A stretch of 64,000 nucleotides of DNA from an uncultured Spirochaetota bacterium (GTDB taxonomy: Bacteria > Spirochaetota > Brevinematia > Brevinematales > JAOACQ01): the NCBI GenBank assembly GCA_963783575.1, contig CAWAOD010000013.1:228826-292825 (forward strand), written 5' to 3'. Below are positions 32,564 through 44,743 of this stretch, piece by piece. How positions within the stretch are numbered: position 1 is the first letter of the stretch; every line of letters starts with the position of its first letter. Made by a program: the position numbers and the translations under genes. Under the pieces are notes generated by a model. It was not told the DNA's origin, did no database searches, and saw only the letters and a program-made list of their open reading frames with translations.

Positions 32564-33013
32564 TTATACAATATTATGCTTTTTGCTAAGTAATTTCTCT
32601 TTATGAATAATTTCTTCCAGCATAATTTGATTTATCAGATCGCTGTGCGATTTATAATAATCGGATAAATTGGAATAATAAGAAGCTATAGTTTTATAAA
32701 TCTTACCGAGATTGTCTTCCATACCAGCCATCTTGTCAATGGATTTATTATAACTTTTTTCCTGAACCAATGTATTAAAAAGAGTTTCTTTAATTTTTTC
32801 AAAAAGAACAGGTATCAATGCCACCTGTAATACAGGTTTTATAGGTTTTTTCTTTAATTCATCAATTTTCCTTGCATGCGATAAAGTTTCTACTATTAGA
32901 TATTGAAGAACATCTTTAATGGGATCAAATCTCGATAGTTTCTTTATCTTTGAATATAAAGCCGCCAATTCTTCTTCCATACGAACCATACTTTCAAGAA
33001 TAGAATCCTCCAT
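32564..33013 (-). CDS. Ferritin/rubrerythrin-like four-helix protein
   Basis: E...LY, ETLSH and EEIIH (ExxH-like pairs). Confidence 0.55.
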   Translation of the reverse strand: MEDSILESMVRMEEELAALYSKIKKLSRFDPIKDVLQYLIVETLSHARKIDELKKKPIKPVLQVALIPVLFEKIKETLFNTLVQEKSYNKSIDKMAGMEDNLGKIYKTIASYYSNLSDYYKSHSDLINQIMLEEIIHKEKLLSKKHNIV

Positions 33014-33304
33014 AAATACCCCCTATTTAATCTCTTCAAATATCAATTATTAATGTCATTTTATCATTTCCGGGATAAACCGTCAAGCATAAATTTTTAA
33101 AAAGCAATAAATTCAACTCAAAAAAAAGCTTTATAGAAAATCATAAATTTGTTAATCAATGAGTACCATTATGTATACCCAAACTGAGCAATTTAACGAA
33201 ATACTTTTATTAAAATCGCTTAGTTTAGGGTATATATATTGCAATGATTGAAGTTTGACAAATAAAAGTTATTCCAATAGAATAATTATATTCAGGAGGA
33301 AAAA

Positions 33305-35122
33305 ATGGGCGACAATACGGATAAAATAATCCATACGGATAGAATAATCCGGAAAGAATCCGATAATTACCTTCAAATGGCTAAATTGCTGAAAATGAAA
33401 AGACCGCCCGAAACGGAAGAACTGATTAAAAGAGTGCTGGATAGCAAAATTCCCATTGAGGAAAAGATCAGGAAAATCGAACTTATTGACGCGCAGGAAA
33501 AAGGAACGGAGATTCAGAAAGAAACCTTAACAGATTTAGAAGTCAAGAACATAATAAAAGAAAAAAAACTCTCCACAGAAGAAATAACAAGCAGAAACAG
33601 GGGAAAAATTAAAATAAAACTCTTTAGGAATCCTTTTTTTATTTTTATTTTTAAAGATTATAAAAAAATCAGGGAATTTGGGATTAAAACCGGCTTTATC
33701 AATTCCAGGCTTATTCCGCCAGGATTTCTTTTGAACTTCGATGGTTTAAAAAATCTTATAACAATTATCCAGAAAGACACCGTTATTCTCTTAAAAAAAA
33801 TCGATTTAATCTTAAATAAAGGCTGGCAGGTCCTGGATAAAAGTGATTATAATCTTCTTGTGGAATTTAAAAAACTTGGCGAATGTATTTCAGAAATGAA
33901 AATAATTTCATATAAATATTCGTTCAGATTTAAGATTGAAAATTACAGGAAACTGGAGGAAGCATTTCTGACATGTCATTATCAGCCTGAATATCCGGAT
34001 ATTATAAGGAAAAGTATATCGAACGTGCTTATTTTCCTGGAGAGACCCCGCTCCGAAGCGGAATTGGCCGAAATAATAGTTAAAAAAATTCTGGAAAGGA
34101 ACGGAGAAACTGCCTGTCTTTATAATTTTATAATCGCGATCAATATGATAGACTGCCGGCGCGCAATCAAATTTAACGATCTGATACGCAGGCAGGCAAG
34201 CGGCGTCATAAACACTTTTAATTATAACTGCAGCCCCGATGTTCAGCAAAAAATAAATGTTTACATTAATGATTATACGCAGAACTTGCAAAATTTTTTG
34301 AAAGAAAAAACTGAAATTGACAGAATTAAAGTATTTGTGGATAAATTCATAAAATTGGGCCAGGACGGTGGAAAGAGTTTTGATTTCCGGATAGTTGAGG
34401 AATTTTACGAATCGGGAGAAAAACCGGAAAAATACCATTATTCCGAGGATAAAGATGATATATCCGTTTTCGCCATACGTTATTTTAACCGCTTTTTTAG
34501 TGAATTTGAGAATTTTTTAATAGACCGCATTAATATAACCGGTTTCGGATTGATCAAATCATTCAGTTCAGATATTTTCCAGCTTGATATGGATATGCTT
34601 CGCAGAATTCTGACCGTTTTTGAACAGGAAAATTATTCTTTCCCTAAATTATCAAGGCATGAATTTTTTGAACTGAAGCAGGCCAGAAAAGAAAGAAATT
34701 CTACGGCTCCACAGCTTGCATTGATTCAGATGATCGATAAACTATCCGAAATTATCCAGGAAATCGGGAAAAAAATCGGCCAGATTTATCTAAATAATAT
34801 TGGGAAAAATAATAATAACGAACCGGAAAAAGTTAAAAAGGCTGATGATGATACTTCAATTAAGTCTTACGATTCTTCAATGCCTTATTGGAACAATATT
34901 ATTCTCTCATACGGTTATATTAAGGGAAAGACCTTTTCACAGGTAGTTTCGGAAATAGCCGGCTTGTGTTTTATTTCAGCCCTGTATTTTTACGACACAA
35001 GGATTTATGCCATGCTTGAAAAAGAAAGGAAGATATATCAGGAAATTGAGGAAACCGCAAAGCAGCTTGAAAGAATAGCCGATGCCGTCACTTATGAAAA
35101 AATACAGAAATTACAGTTTTAA
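33305..35122 (+). CDS. Hypothetical cytoplasmic protein
   Basis: 605-aa ORF with AGGAGG RBS. No motif recognised. Confidence 0.75.
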   Translation: MGDNTDKIIHTDRIIRKESDNYLQMAKLLKMKRPPETEELIKRVLDSKIPIEEKIRKIELIDAQEKGTEIQKETLTDLEVKNIIKEKKLSTEEITSRNRGKIKIKLFRNPFFIFIFKDYKKIREFGIKTGFINSRLIPPGFLLNFDGLKNLITIIQKDTVILLKKIDLILNKGWQVLDKSDYNLLVEFKKLGECISEMKIISYKYSFRFKIENYRKLEEAFLTCHYQPEYPDIIRKSISNVLIFLERPRSEAELAEIIVKKILERNGETACLYNFIIAINMIDCRRAIKFNDLIRRQASGVINTFNYNCSPDVQQKINVYINDYTQNLQNFLKEKTEIDRIKVFVDKFIKLGQDGGKSFDFRIVEEFYESGEKPEKYHYSEDKDDISVFAIRYFNRFFSEFENFLIDRINITGFGLIKSFSSDIFQLDMDMLRRILTVFEQENYSFPKLSRHEFFELKQARKERNSTAPQLALIQMIDKLSEIIQEIGKKIGQIYLNNIGKNNNNEPEKVKKADDDTSIKSYDSSMPYWNNIILSYGYIKGKTFSQVVSEIAGLCFISALYFYDTRIYAMLEKERKIYQEIEETAKQLERIADAVTYEKIQKLQF

Positions 35123-35220
35123 CAAGCGTGACCCTTTGGTTCCCTTCGTTAAACTCAGGGTAGGCTCGGCTCACCACAGGTTAACTCAGGGCATGCTTCT
35201 TGACCCGGTTAGATTCCTTA
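35121..35220 (-). repeat. REP-like repeat, family A
   Basis: Reverse complement matches 8261-8360. Confidence 0.85.
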
Positions 35221-35316
35221 CGCGACAAAGTTCCGTATAGTCTTGCGGAGTTTATCCCGAGCCCTGTCGAGGGAATTCCCTTTCCAGTTCCTGTACAATA
35301 CCCTGCCGCTTGCTTA

Positions 35317-36942
35317 TTAAATCCTGATCCTATCCGCTATAATCATAGGTTTTCCATCCTTTATCATAAGTATTACTTCTTTTAATGCAAGCATAAGTTT
35401 CCCATTTACCGGCGCGATTATTTTAATAACCGCGGTATAAACTGTACTTCCTTCCGGTATTCCGTAAATGTTGCCGGTTTGCGCAATGAATTTTTCAAGA
35501 TCCAGAATTTCCCTGTAACTTTCTCCTTCGTAATGCTTATGCTGTGAGATAGCAAAAGATACCATTTTCCATTCGGCAGAGTCCACCGGATCGGAAAGAT
35601 TCTTGTCGTTATAAAAGTTGAGCTGCGGTAATGCATAATCCGGATTGATGAATGTCAAGCCTTTATTATCCCCGATATCTATCATCCGTTTATTATTCCA
35701 TGAAACAAATTTCTTTTCCCCTGCCGCCTGAACCTTGATATCGGGAATATTATCATTATTTCTATAGGCATATTTTCCTTTAACGCTGACATCGGGTACA
35801 AAATCCGCCACAGGTAAGAGACTGTCAAAAATAAAACCTATTAGATGATTTAACTCAGGATTATTAAAAGCCGGATCATTAAGGAATTGATCCCTTAAAT
35901 TTGTCTGATTATTAATTGCTGAATCCGAGAATATTTTAATCCTGTCAAGAAACGGTGACATTCCGATTGTATAATAGGCGAAATGCAGGATTGCAAAGTT
36001 TTTCAGCATATCGTTCACATTGCAGTAAAGCTCACTTTTTTTTATGCCGCTTAAAGGAAAACCGCTCTGTATAATATTCCTATAATATTCATAAGGCGGA
36101 ACCGGCACCAGATAGGCCGCATCCTCCCTCATTTTTCCCGAATCATCCAGGATTCTGCAGAATAGATCTCCCAGTGCAAAACTCCATTTGTCATTCTGCT
36201 TCAGAATTTCTTTAAACCACACATAAAGCAGGGCTCTTTTTATCTCAGGAATCGATGTATCGTTGACCGCAATAAAAACTGTCGAGCCGGTCAATTTATA
36301 GAAATGCTGTAAAGCCGGAAGCATAATAAACTCAAAATTTTTCTGAGTCAACGGTGTAAGCATGGATTCGATAGTCCCGATTAAAGAGTCTATAGCTTCT
36401 ATACCGGAATTTAATTGAAAGGGGTAATAAACCGAATAATTTCTATTGTTCAGGGATGTTTCTTCCAATTTATATTTCCCGCAAATGAGTAACGGCTTAT
36501 CCCCGGGTTTAAGATCAAAGCCATCCTTATCCCTGCCGGCATAAGGTATGAATAATCCCCTGTATCCCTGGGGAACCGTTATATTTGCGCGAATATTCCC
36601 ATCCTCATTGAGAACCGGAAGCCAGTCTTCCTTGTAAAACTCAATATCATAAACAGGAAGGGTATAAGATAACGCTATTTTACCTTTGTAATTGTACTGA
36701 ATTCCATTTAGTATGATTGGACCGGAATTATTATTTAAGCGGATATTACCGTTTGAAGGGGAAGATAATGCTACAAGAATAGCGCGCTTTGGGAGATTAA
36801 TTTCTATATTATCAACATCAATGCTGTAATCCGCCTGAATTTTTATTTCTTTCGCAGCGGTAGTTATGTTGATTTTTGCAGTGTATGAATAGCAAATACT
36901 TTGAATAAGGATTATTATAAACGTAATGATCATATATCTCAT
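35317..36942 (-). CDS. Hypothetical secreted protein
   Basis: AGGAGG RBS before ATG 36942 and a signal-peptide-like N-terminus. Confidence 0.7.
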   Translation of the reverse strand: MRYMIITFIIILIQSICYSYTAKINITTAAKEIKIQADYSIDVDNIEINLPKRAILVALSSPSNGNIRLNNNSGPIILNGIQYNYKGKIALSYTLPVYDIEFYKEDWLPVLNEDGNIRANITVPQGYRGLFIPYAGRDKDGFDLKPGDKPLLICGKYKLEETSLNNRNYSVYYPFQLNSGIEAIDSLIGTIESMLTPLTQKNFEFIMLPALQHFYKLTGSTVFIAVNDTSIPEIKRALLYVWFKEILKQNDKWSFALGDLFCRILDDSGKMREDAAYLVPVPPYEYYRNIIQSGFPLSGIKKSELYCNVNDMLKNFAILHFAYYTIGMSPFLDRIKIFSDSAINNQTNLRDQFLNDPAFNNPELNHLIGFIFDSLLPVADFVPDVSVKGKYAYRNNDNIPDIKVQAAGEKKFVSWNNKRMIDIGDNKGLTFINPDYALPQLNFYNDKNLSDPVDSAEWKMVSFAISQHKHYEGESYREILDLEKFIAQTGNIYGIPEGSTVYTAVIKIIAPVNGKLMLALKEVILMIKDGKPMIIADRIRI

Positions 36943-36995
36943 AAATCCCTCCTGATTTTTCACTATTTAATTTATCGGAAGGATTTTGATGGCGA

Positions 36996-38621
36996 TTATA
37001 AAATAATCCTGATTCCTGCGTTAAATGTAAAGCCTCCTGCGGGCATGCAGGGCCTGTCAAAGTAATTCATGTTAAGAATATTGTTGAGTTTGATTTCAGC
37101 ATAAATATTTTTTGCCAGCGATTTTGAAAGCGAAATATCCCAGATCCATTCCGGATCAAAATAATTCACAGGATCATAAAAAGTTTTGTCAATATATGTC
37201 AGACGCATTGACGCTTCAATATCCCAGATTGGGTATTTATAATCAATATTCAGGGAAGCCGATTGCTTGTAAAAGAAAAACATATTTTCCAGAGAAGGCA
37301 GACGGTAAGTGTATTCCGCTTTAAATGTCAGGTTTTCAACCGGTGACCAATCTGCGCTTAAATCCGCCTCTAAAATCCCCAGGTTTGTAATTGATATGAA
37401 GCTGTAAAGACCGTTATCTGTATTGTTCGTATAAGAAATAAACGAATTATAATAATCATAATTAATATTGCAGCGCAGAGTAACCGATTGAGAGGGCAAA
37501 TAAGTAATGCCGGATAATGCAGTCCACTTTTCTTCGGAAAAAGGAGGTGGGCCGTCTACCGGCCTGTAATCTATCTGATTTTCATTCCTGTAGTCATCCG
37601 GGGTTATGTTTTTCTGTTCGCCGGATAGTCCGAGCTTGAAATTCAATTGATCGGAAAATTTATAAAATCCCAGGAGAGTCGGATAAATGAAAAAGCTTTT
37701 GTAACTGTATAAATCAAAATTCAATCCTCCCTGGATTGAAAAAATACTGCTGAGAGGAAATTTATCAACCGCGTTAAGCTGGCCGTATTGAAGGATATCG
37801 TTTGAAAAAATTGAATAAGTATAATTTCCCGAAACTTTTAAAAAATTGTCCCGGCTCCAGTTTGCTTCATAATCGGCATCAAGATAATAATCCCATAAAG
37901 TTTTAGGCTGATAACCGTCCGGTATTTTATGGTTCAATTCCAGGTAGTTATAACCTGTATCCGCTTTGATGGAGGAATTCAAATCGATATTGTAAACAGC
38001 GCCAAGCCGAACCGGCACATTCTGTTTATTCTCGCTCAAAATACCGGCATTTGTAAAAAGTCCTATATCCCTGACATAATAGCCGATCGTTGAATTGAAT
38101 TCAATATTTTTTGAGAAGGTATAAATGAAATCGGCATCCAGATCATCTATTTCCAGTTCCGTATTGAAATAATTTGTGTTATTAAACCCGGCGCTGGCTC
38201 GCTTGTTCCTTAAATATGTTATAAGGTAATTCAAATTGCCGGTTTTTTTCCCGGCATTTAGTTCTGCAAGGAAATTTTCATATCGGCCGTAATAAAATTT
38301 AAAAGCCGACAGTGAAAAATCCTCTTTTTTCCTTTCCTCAGTTATCTCGCTTTTTATTTTTTCACTGATCTTTGTCTTTGTTAATTCTTTCATATCAATC
38401 TCGCCGAAATCCTCATCAATATTATTTGATTGATTGTCTTCATTGTTTGTTAGCTGAGCCCTGCTTTGATCTTCAATGCTCAATTTTATATCCGGGATTA
38501 CTATTTTGCTGTTTTTATTTTCCTGCATCAGCTCATTCTTACCCGTGTTTGTATCAGAATCTGTGAACGCATTTGACAATATGCACAACAATATTGAAAC
38601 TGATAATATAATTATTTTCAT
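36996..38621 (-). CDS. Outer-membrane beta-barrel protein (TonB-receptor-like C-terminus)
   Basis: Signal peptide, amphipathic aromatic strands, C-terminal NNILNMNY...GFTFNAGIRIIL. Confidence 0.65.
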   Translation of the reverse strand: MKIIILSVSILLCILSNAFTDSDTNTGKNELMQENKNSKIVIPDIKLSIEDQSRAQLTNNEDNQSNNIDEDFGEIDMKELTKTKISEKIKSEITEERKKEDFSLSAFKFYYGRYENFLAELNAGKKTGNLNYLITYLRNKRASAGFNNTNYFNTELEIDDLDADFIYTFSKNIEFNSTIGYYVRDIGLFTNAGILSENKQNVPVRLGAVYNIDLNSSIKADTGYNYLELNHKIPDGYQPKTLWDYYLDADYEANWSRDNFLKVSGNYTYSIFSNDILQYGQLNAVDKFPLSSIFSIQGGLNFDLYSYKSFFIYPTLLGFYKFSDQLNFKLGLSGEQKNITPDDYRNENQIDYRPVDGPPPFSEEKWTALSGITYLPSQSVTLRCNINYDYYNSFISYTNNTDNGLYSFISITNLGILEADLSADWSPVENLTFKAEYTYRLPSLENMFFFYKQSASLNIDYKYPIWDIEASMRLTYIDKTFYDPVNYFDPEWIWDISLSKSLAKNIYAEIKLNNILNMNYFDRPCMPAGGFTFNAGIRIIL

Positions 38622-38730
38622 AAATTAACTCCTTAATAATTATACCCTCGAATCTCTAAAAAATAAATTTATTTCCAAACTTTGCCCGTTTTTTAGTCTT
38701 AAGTTAAAATGATTAATTGGAGTTTGATTC

Positions 38731-39462
38731 ATGGCAAAGACTTTATTAAAGAACATAGGCCGATTAATTTATACAGTCTATTGGTATATACTTTTACTGG
38801 TCTATCATGGCTTTGGACTTCCGTTTGGAATTATCATATTGCGCTTCGGCCTGAGAAAACTGACATCATTGACAACAGTTGCCTGGGTTCATTCGCTGTT
38901 CTTCATGGGCGGCCTGAAATTTATGGTTAAAGGCCTGGAAAATATAATAACCGGGGACAAATATCTTTTTATAATGAACCATTCCAGCTTTTTTGACATC
39001 CACGCAGTACTGGCTGTCAAACCGGATATCACCTGGCTTTCAAAGAAGGAAGTTCTCAATATTCCATTAATCGGCGAAGGTTTAAGGACATCGGGGGGGA
39101 TTCCCATAGATAGGAAAAATTTTTCAGAATCGATGGAAAACGCTTATAAAATTGTCCGTGAAGCAAAACCCGGATTCACGCTGGGTATTTTCCCGGAAGG
39201 AACACGTTCATTAGACGGAAAGCTCCAGAGGTTTAAAAGAGGCTTTGTCCGCATACTCAGAAACTGTGATCTAAACCTGGTTCCAATAACATTGAACGGA
39301 TTTTATGAGTTTAAACCGAAAAAAAGACGAACCTTCCATTATGTTAAAAATCTTGAAGTAATAATTCATAAACCCATTCTTCATGACGAGATTGTAAAAC
39401 TGACTGATGCTGAGCTTATCCGGAAGGCATACGATATCATACAGGCGGATTATACGGAATAA
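38731..39462 (+). CDS. plsC: 1-acyl-sn-glycerol-3-phosphate acyltransferase family
   Basis: NHSSFFD, IPIDR, FPEGTRS. Confidence 0.85.
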   Translation: MAKTLLKNIGRLIYTVYWYILLLVYHGFGLPFGIIILRFGLRKLTSLTTVAWVHSLFFMGGLKFMVKGLENIITGDKYLFIMNHSSFFDIHAVLAVKPDITWLSKKEVLNIPLIGEGLRTSGGIPIDRKNFSESMENAYKIVREAKPGFTLGIFPEGTRSLDGKLQRFKRGFVRILRNCDLNLVPITLNGFYEFKPKKRRTFHYVKNLEVIIHKPILHDEIVKLTDAELIRKAYDIIQADYTE

Positions 39463-39496
39463 TTTCACATAAAATAAATATAAATTCGGAGGCATT

Positions 39497-40273
39497 ATGT
39501 TAAATTTTATGATAAAAAAGGCATTTTTTGATTTCTGGGATCACCTGTTCACAGTCATACTTATAAATGTGGGTTTTTCTTTACTGCTGGCAATTATTTT
39601 TTACCTGCTTTATCTTTTCAGGATCAATGGGTTTTTATTATCTTTTTGGGCCTTAGCGGGTTTTTACCTCCTCAACGTATATATGGGTGTAGTTTCTCAG
39701 GCTATGAATATAATAATCGATTATAAACAGCCGGATTTTAAGGAATTTTTAGGGTTATTTAAAGATATTTGGATTCCGGCGCTTATCATTACACTGATAG
39801 TTGCACCTTATATTATGATTTTATCCCTTTCTGCCCCGTTTTACCTTCTTCAGCACAATATTATAGGTATGGCTGGTGTGTCCATCCTTTTCTGGATTAC
39901 AATTATAATCGCCCTGTCATTGCAGTATTATTACCCGATCTACAACAGGCTGGATCAAAATTTAGGAAAAGTACTGAAAAAATGTTTCCTGGTATTTATC
40001 GACAATGTCGGATTATCGATATATATGGGAATCGGAACAATAATCATAATTTTAATATCATCGCTCCTGGGGTTCATTCTGCCCGGAATCGGGCTGATAT
40101 TTATCTGGATTAATACCGGCTTCAAGCTGAGATTATATAAATACGATTATCTTGAAGCAAACCCCGGCGCCAACAGAAGAAAAATCCCCTGGGACAAGCT
40201 TCTGTACGATGAAAAAGAGAATGTGGGCAAAAGAACTCTGAAAGGCATGATTTTCCCATGGAGAGATAAATAA
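39497..40273 (+). CDS. Integral membrane protein, hypothetical
   Basis: GGAGG RBS and 5-6 TM segments. Confidence 0.7.
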   Translation: MLNFMIKKAFFDFWDHLFTVILINVGFSLLLAIIFYLLYLFRINGFLLSFWALAGFYLLNVYMGVVSQAMNIIIDYKQPDFKEFLGLFKDIWIPALIITLIVAPYIMILSLSAPFYLLQHNIIGMAGVSILFWITIIIALSLQYYYPIYNRLDQNLGKVLKKCFLVFIDNVGLSIYMGIGTIIIILISSLLGFILPGIGLIFIWINTGFKLRLYKYDYLEANPGANRRKIPWDKLLYDEKENVGKRTLKGMIFPWRDK

Positions 40274-40295
40274 ATTTGAATAAGTAATCTGCCAT

Positions 40296-41477
40296 TTAAG
40301 ATTTAGCGGCTTTTTTAACCAGCAGTAAAACCGGTATCGACAGAACCTGTAAAGCGACGGCAAAAATAATAACAAATGTTATCCTTATATCATAAAGGAA
40401 TCCCATTACTGAGCTTCCCAATAACCAGGCAAGTCCGTACGCTGTATTGAAAATACCGTAGCCTGTTCCCCTTTTCTTAAGACTTGTCAAATCGGCTATC
40501 GCGGCCTTCATAATCGTCTCATGAATCCCCATTACCGCTCCCCATAATATCACACTTATTACGGCAAACAAAAAGCTTTTGGAAAATCCAAGGAATGGAA
40601 TCGGAAGGCATAAGACCGGGACCGCGATTAGCGTCATAAGCCCGAGCTTATCGTATAGCTTTCCGATAATAAGGGCTACAACGGCGTCAACTCCCATAGC
40701 TATGGCGTAAAATAAAGGTATCTGCGCGTCCGTCATCACGCCGCCTGCCTTAAAATGATATCCGAGGAGTGCGAAATTGGCAAAACCGGCTACCGAGAAA
40801 AAGATGAAGATTGTATAAAACCAGAACACCCCGGTAAGCTTATCGCTTTTGTTTTCATTTTTTTGCGTCGAGGACCCCTCAAGTTTTTCTGGGGAAGGAA
40901 CACGGATATAAGCGAAAAATACACTTGCCATCAAAAGGACGAACGGAATCCACAAAATACTGTAAGCCGTTTTGTAATTTCCGTGCAGGAGGAATACTGC
41001 GGTAAAAATCAACGGTCCTACTACTGCTCCGATCTGGTCCATCGCTTCATGAAGTCCGAAACCGAAACCGGTTCCTACTTTTTTAGCGGCCTGCGACAGG
41101 ATCGTGTCCTTGGCCGGGCTCCTCATTGCCTTTCCCAGTCTTTCAAACACGATAAATATAGCGGCGACCTGCCATATTCCCGAAAGTGCAAGCAAGGGCA
41201 CGCTTAAAAGCATCCCGTACCCTATAAATGTAAAAACCCAGTAAGCCTTTGTTTTATCAGAAAAATATCCTGAAAACAAACGGATCGCATAACCTGCGAA
41301 TTCACCCGCACCGGCAATCAAGCCTACCATCGCCGCGTTTGCTCCAAGTGTTTTTAAGTATGGCCCATTGACGCTCCTGGCGCCCTCGTAAATTATATCC
41401 CCGAGCAGGCTGACAATCCCGAATAATATTATCAATTGAAAAGCTGTTTTTTTACTATTATCCATTTTTTCCGGCAT
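40296..41477 (-). CDS. MFS transporter
   Basis: About 12 TM segments, SGYFSDK, ERLGKAMRSPAKD, GKLYDKLG. Confidence 0.9.
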   Translation of the reverse strand: MPEKMDNSKKTAFQLIILFGIVSLLGDIIYEGARSVNGPYLKTLGANAAMVGLIAGAGEFAGYAIRLFSGYFSDKTKAYWVFTFIGYGMLLSVPLLALSGIWQVAAIFIVFERLGKAMRSPAKDTILSQAAKKVGTGFGFGLHEAMDQIGAVVGPLIFTAVFLLHGNYKTAYSILWIPFVLLMASVFFAYIRVPSPEKLEGSSTQKNENKSDKLTGVFWFYTIFIFFSVAGFANFALLGYHFKAGGVMTDAQIPLFYAIAMGVDAVVALIIGKLYDKLGLMTLIAVPVLCLPIPFLGFSKSFLFAVISVILWGAVMGIHETIMKAAIADLTSLKKRGTGYGIFNTAYGLAWLLGSSVMGFLYDIRITFVIIFAVALQVLSIPVLLLVKKAAKS

Positions 41478-41721
41478 AAAAAATTCCTCCTGAAAATCGT
41501 TTTCATTAAATAAATTTAAGTGTTTTATAATATAAAATCAACTTATGATAATAAATGATACGATTTTTGTCAAAATCAAAAGGTTGTTGTGTGTAGAGTC
41601 TGTTTCAAGTGTATAAGGAGTCTGTCATGGTATGGATAAGGAACAGCCTTATTATTTTCAAGACTAAAACGATTCATTTTGCCGAATAGTCAGATTTTTT
41701 ATATTCATATAAATTCTACGG

Positions 41722-44462
41722 TTATTTCTGTATCAAAGTGGAAGGGTCCTGCCTGTCCAGAATAATAATCCTTCCGGAAGCGCCGTCCAGTCTTACCCTC
41801 TGTCCTGTCTTAAGGAGTTCAGTCGGCATGGTTTACGCCGACAACCGCTGGAATACCATATTCCCTCGCTACAACTGAACCATGTGTCATCATCCCGCCC
41901 ACTTCCATAATAAGACCGCCCGCCGCAAGAAAAAGCGGAGTCCATGCCGGGTCGGTTGCCGGACAGACCATTATTTCACCGGGTAAAAGCCCTGCTTTTT
42001 CAGGGTTTAAAACTATCCTCACAACACCTTCAGCGATCCCTGTGGAAACGGGGCTTCCGGTTAGAATATCATTATTTTCAACTTCAGGTATTTTTGAACT
42101 TTCATAAAAGCAGGTTCCGTTGCTTAAAATTATTCTGGGGATTCTTTTTCTGCGTTTTTCCCGGTTGTAAGCCTCTCTTCTTAAGGCCACAAGCTTTTTC
42201 CAATCCTTTTTGCATTCAATTTCAAGTATTTTCAACTCATTCAGGTAAAAAAAGAATATATCGTCCGGCATTTCAAGAATACCTTTTTTAGCGAGTTCCA
42301 TACCGCTTCTGTAAAGCATTTCCCTATAATTATTAAATATTTTTACAACCGCGAATTTTGGTGACTCCCTCAATCCGCACAATTTTCTAATCCGTTTGAT
42401 GAGCCATTTCGCCATCCAAATCTTTTTCCTGCCTGTGCCGGTTTTAAACAATTCCCTTATGATTATTTCTCCGGTCTCATTAGCTTTCTCAATTCCCCTT
42501 TCAAAAACAAATTCCGGTGATAGTTGCGGATCGTCAACTTTGAGATAGCTTTTTATAACCTGCATAATAGGCGCAGGCTCTTCCCGCCACCTCGGCCTTC
42601 CCATATCAATTTCCCCCTGGCCCCGCATACCGTAATTCTTCATAAACTCATCAATTGCTTCTCCGGCTGCTTCGGGTAATTTCCCCGAAATATATTCATT
42701 GGTAAGTGTTTCAGAATCATTATCCGTAAAATGCCTGTAAGATTCAATGTTATTTTTAATATAAACAGCAGTTTTCCATAGAGCCATATCCATTTCCGTT
42801 GTTACATTGTCAGGCATTCCACGCATAAGGTCCCGGATAAGATCTTTTGACCTTGGAAGTTCCGCAATCAATCTTTCCAGCATATTGACCGCTATCTGAC
42901 CGGCTATCACGATCGGTATAATCTTCGGCATTAATGCAGGCGGTACTTTCATCATAATTTTTTCCATTACCGATGCCTGATCATGCAGTGCCTGGGCATT
43001 CCTGCAAATACCCTCAATCCTGCGGGATTCTATCTCAATATTTTTTTCCAGGACATGCTTTCCATGCGCCGGATTTATCAAATTACTTATTGTTCTTAAT
43101 GCCATTTGAAAAAGCACTGAAGCTATACTAAGTTTATTGGAGATTTTAAGCCTGCTTTTCCTGATTCTGAAGCCCGGATCATCAAAAAGAGACTTAATAA
43201 TTTCCGAACTCTGGGGATCAAGCGATTGCAAGAATCCAGGAAGTATTTTTCTCCAGTTTTATTCCTTAAAGGACTTGTAATATTTATAAAAAGTCTGCCG
43301 CCCACAGTCAAAAAAAATTTCTGCGAATTAAAACCAACATTAAACCCGAATTTTTTTCCCAGACCGGCAGCAATACCATTGAATAATTCCAGTCCGGCCG
43401 GGGTATAAGGATCAAGCATACCCTGCCATAACGCGAATGAAAACCATGCCTGCAATTCCGTTTTAACGATTTTTGATCCCGCCGAATAACCTTCAGGCAT
43501 AGGAAAGAGGGAAGTAACCGGACGCGACTGAATCAGATATAAAGAGCCGCCGGATAAAGCCCATTCAATATCCTGCGGCGATTGGAAAAATTCAGCACAA
43601 TTAAGTCCCAGGCCTACAAGTTCATGAATTTTATCATCAGGAAGTGCCTGCCTGCCTCCTGATTCCTCTTTTACCGTGACTGTACCTCCGTTTTTATTTC
43701 CTTTAATCCTGATAGATTTTGCCCCGATCTTTTTATTGATAATCGACCGGCTTAAAGTATCGTAAGTATAATGGTCTGGTTCCACTTTACCTGACACCAG
43801 AGCCTTCTCCATAACCCAGAGTCGCGTCGATAACCGTTTCAGTCAGACAGCCCGTGAGCGGATTGGCTGTAAACAAAACTCCCGAGGATTCGCTCTGAAC
43901 CATTCTCTGAATGATTACAGCTAAAGAGAATATCGTCCTGAGTAATCCGGTTATAAGCACGGTAAGAGATTGCGCGCACCGACCATAGGCTTGCCCAGCA
44001 GTCGGTTACAGCCCCGAGAAGCTTTTCTTCCCCTTTAATATTAAGATATGTGTCCTGCTGGCCCGCAAAAGAAAGATCCGGAAGGTCTTCAACAGTTGCG
44101 GAAGACCGGACTGCCGCAAAACATTCGTTATCAGTTTCTCCTTTTTTAAAGTCATAATAAGCTGATTTTATCTCATCAGCTATTTCATATGGAATCGGAT
44201 ATTTTTTGAACAGCTTATTTATTTCAGCCGAGATTTTTTCAAGATTTTCCATATCATCTAATTTTCCAGAATCAAGGATTCTCATTATTTCCGGTTCTAA
44301 ATTATTATTACCGATGAAGGTTTGATAAGCGTTTGTAAGAATACAGAAGCCTTCAGGAACAGGCAGCCCGGCGTTGATTATTGCTCCAAGATTGGCGGCT
44401 TTCCCGCCGGCAGTTAATAGATCATTTTTCCCCAGTTCAATTAAAGGTTTAATAAATTTCAT
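41722..44462 (-). CDS. PEP-synthase/rifampin-phosphotransferase (RPH)-like kinase, broken by at least 5 single-base shifts
   Basis: N-terminal ATP-grasp (GGKAANL, AVRSSATVEDL..SFAGQQDT, QDIEWA, QSRPVT). Central YGMRGQGEID...PRWREEP. C-terminal His-swivel THGSVVAREYGIPAVVG. Shifts near 43930, 43878, 43805, 43250 and 41825. Confidence 0.85.
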
Positions 44463-44534
44463 AAAATTTACTCCTTAATGAAAATGATTTAACATTCGGG
44501 GCAAGAAACCTGCCTGCGTTCCGGCACTTCGGTA

Positions 44535-44565
44535 GAGCCTGTCCTGAACTTATCGAAGGGCTCAG
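44535..44565 (+). repeat. Family-A REP core
   Basis: GAGCCTGTCCTGAACTTATCGAAGGGCTCAG. Confidence 0.6.
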
Positions 44566-44596
44566 TGCATGTTGATAGTTACTCTTTAGCAACTCA

Positions 44597-44740
44597 GCCG
44601 CCGAGCATCAGCTCGGCAGTGCAACGATTGCACATAGTTCGCCAAGACCAAGCCAAACAAGGCACATAGACGTGCCATGAAAAACACTTTATAGGCAAAC
44701 AGCCAGCCGAACGCTAGTTCGGCAGCGACACGATATCGCA
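44597..44740 (+). repeat. Multi-hairpin repeat, family B
   Basis: GTGCAACGATTGCAC ... GGCACATAGACGTGCC ... GCCGAACGCTAGTTCGGC-A-GCGACACGATATCGC. Confidence 0.8.
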
Positions 44741-44743
44741 GGG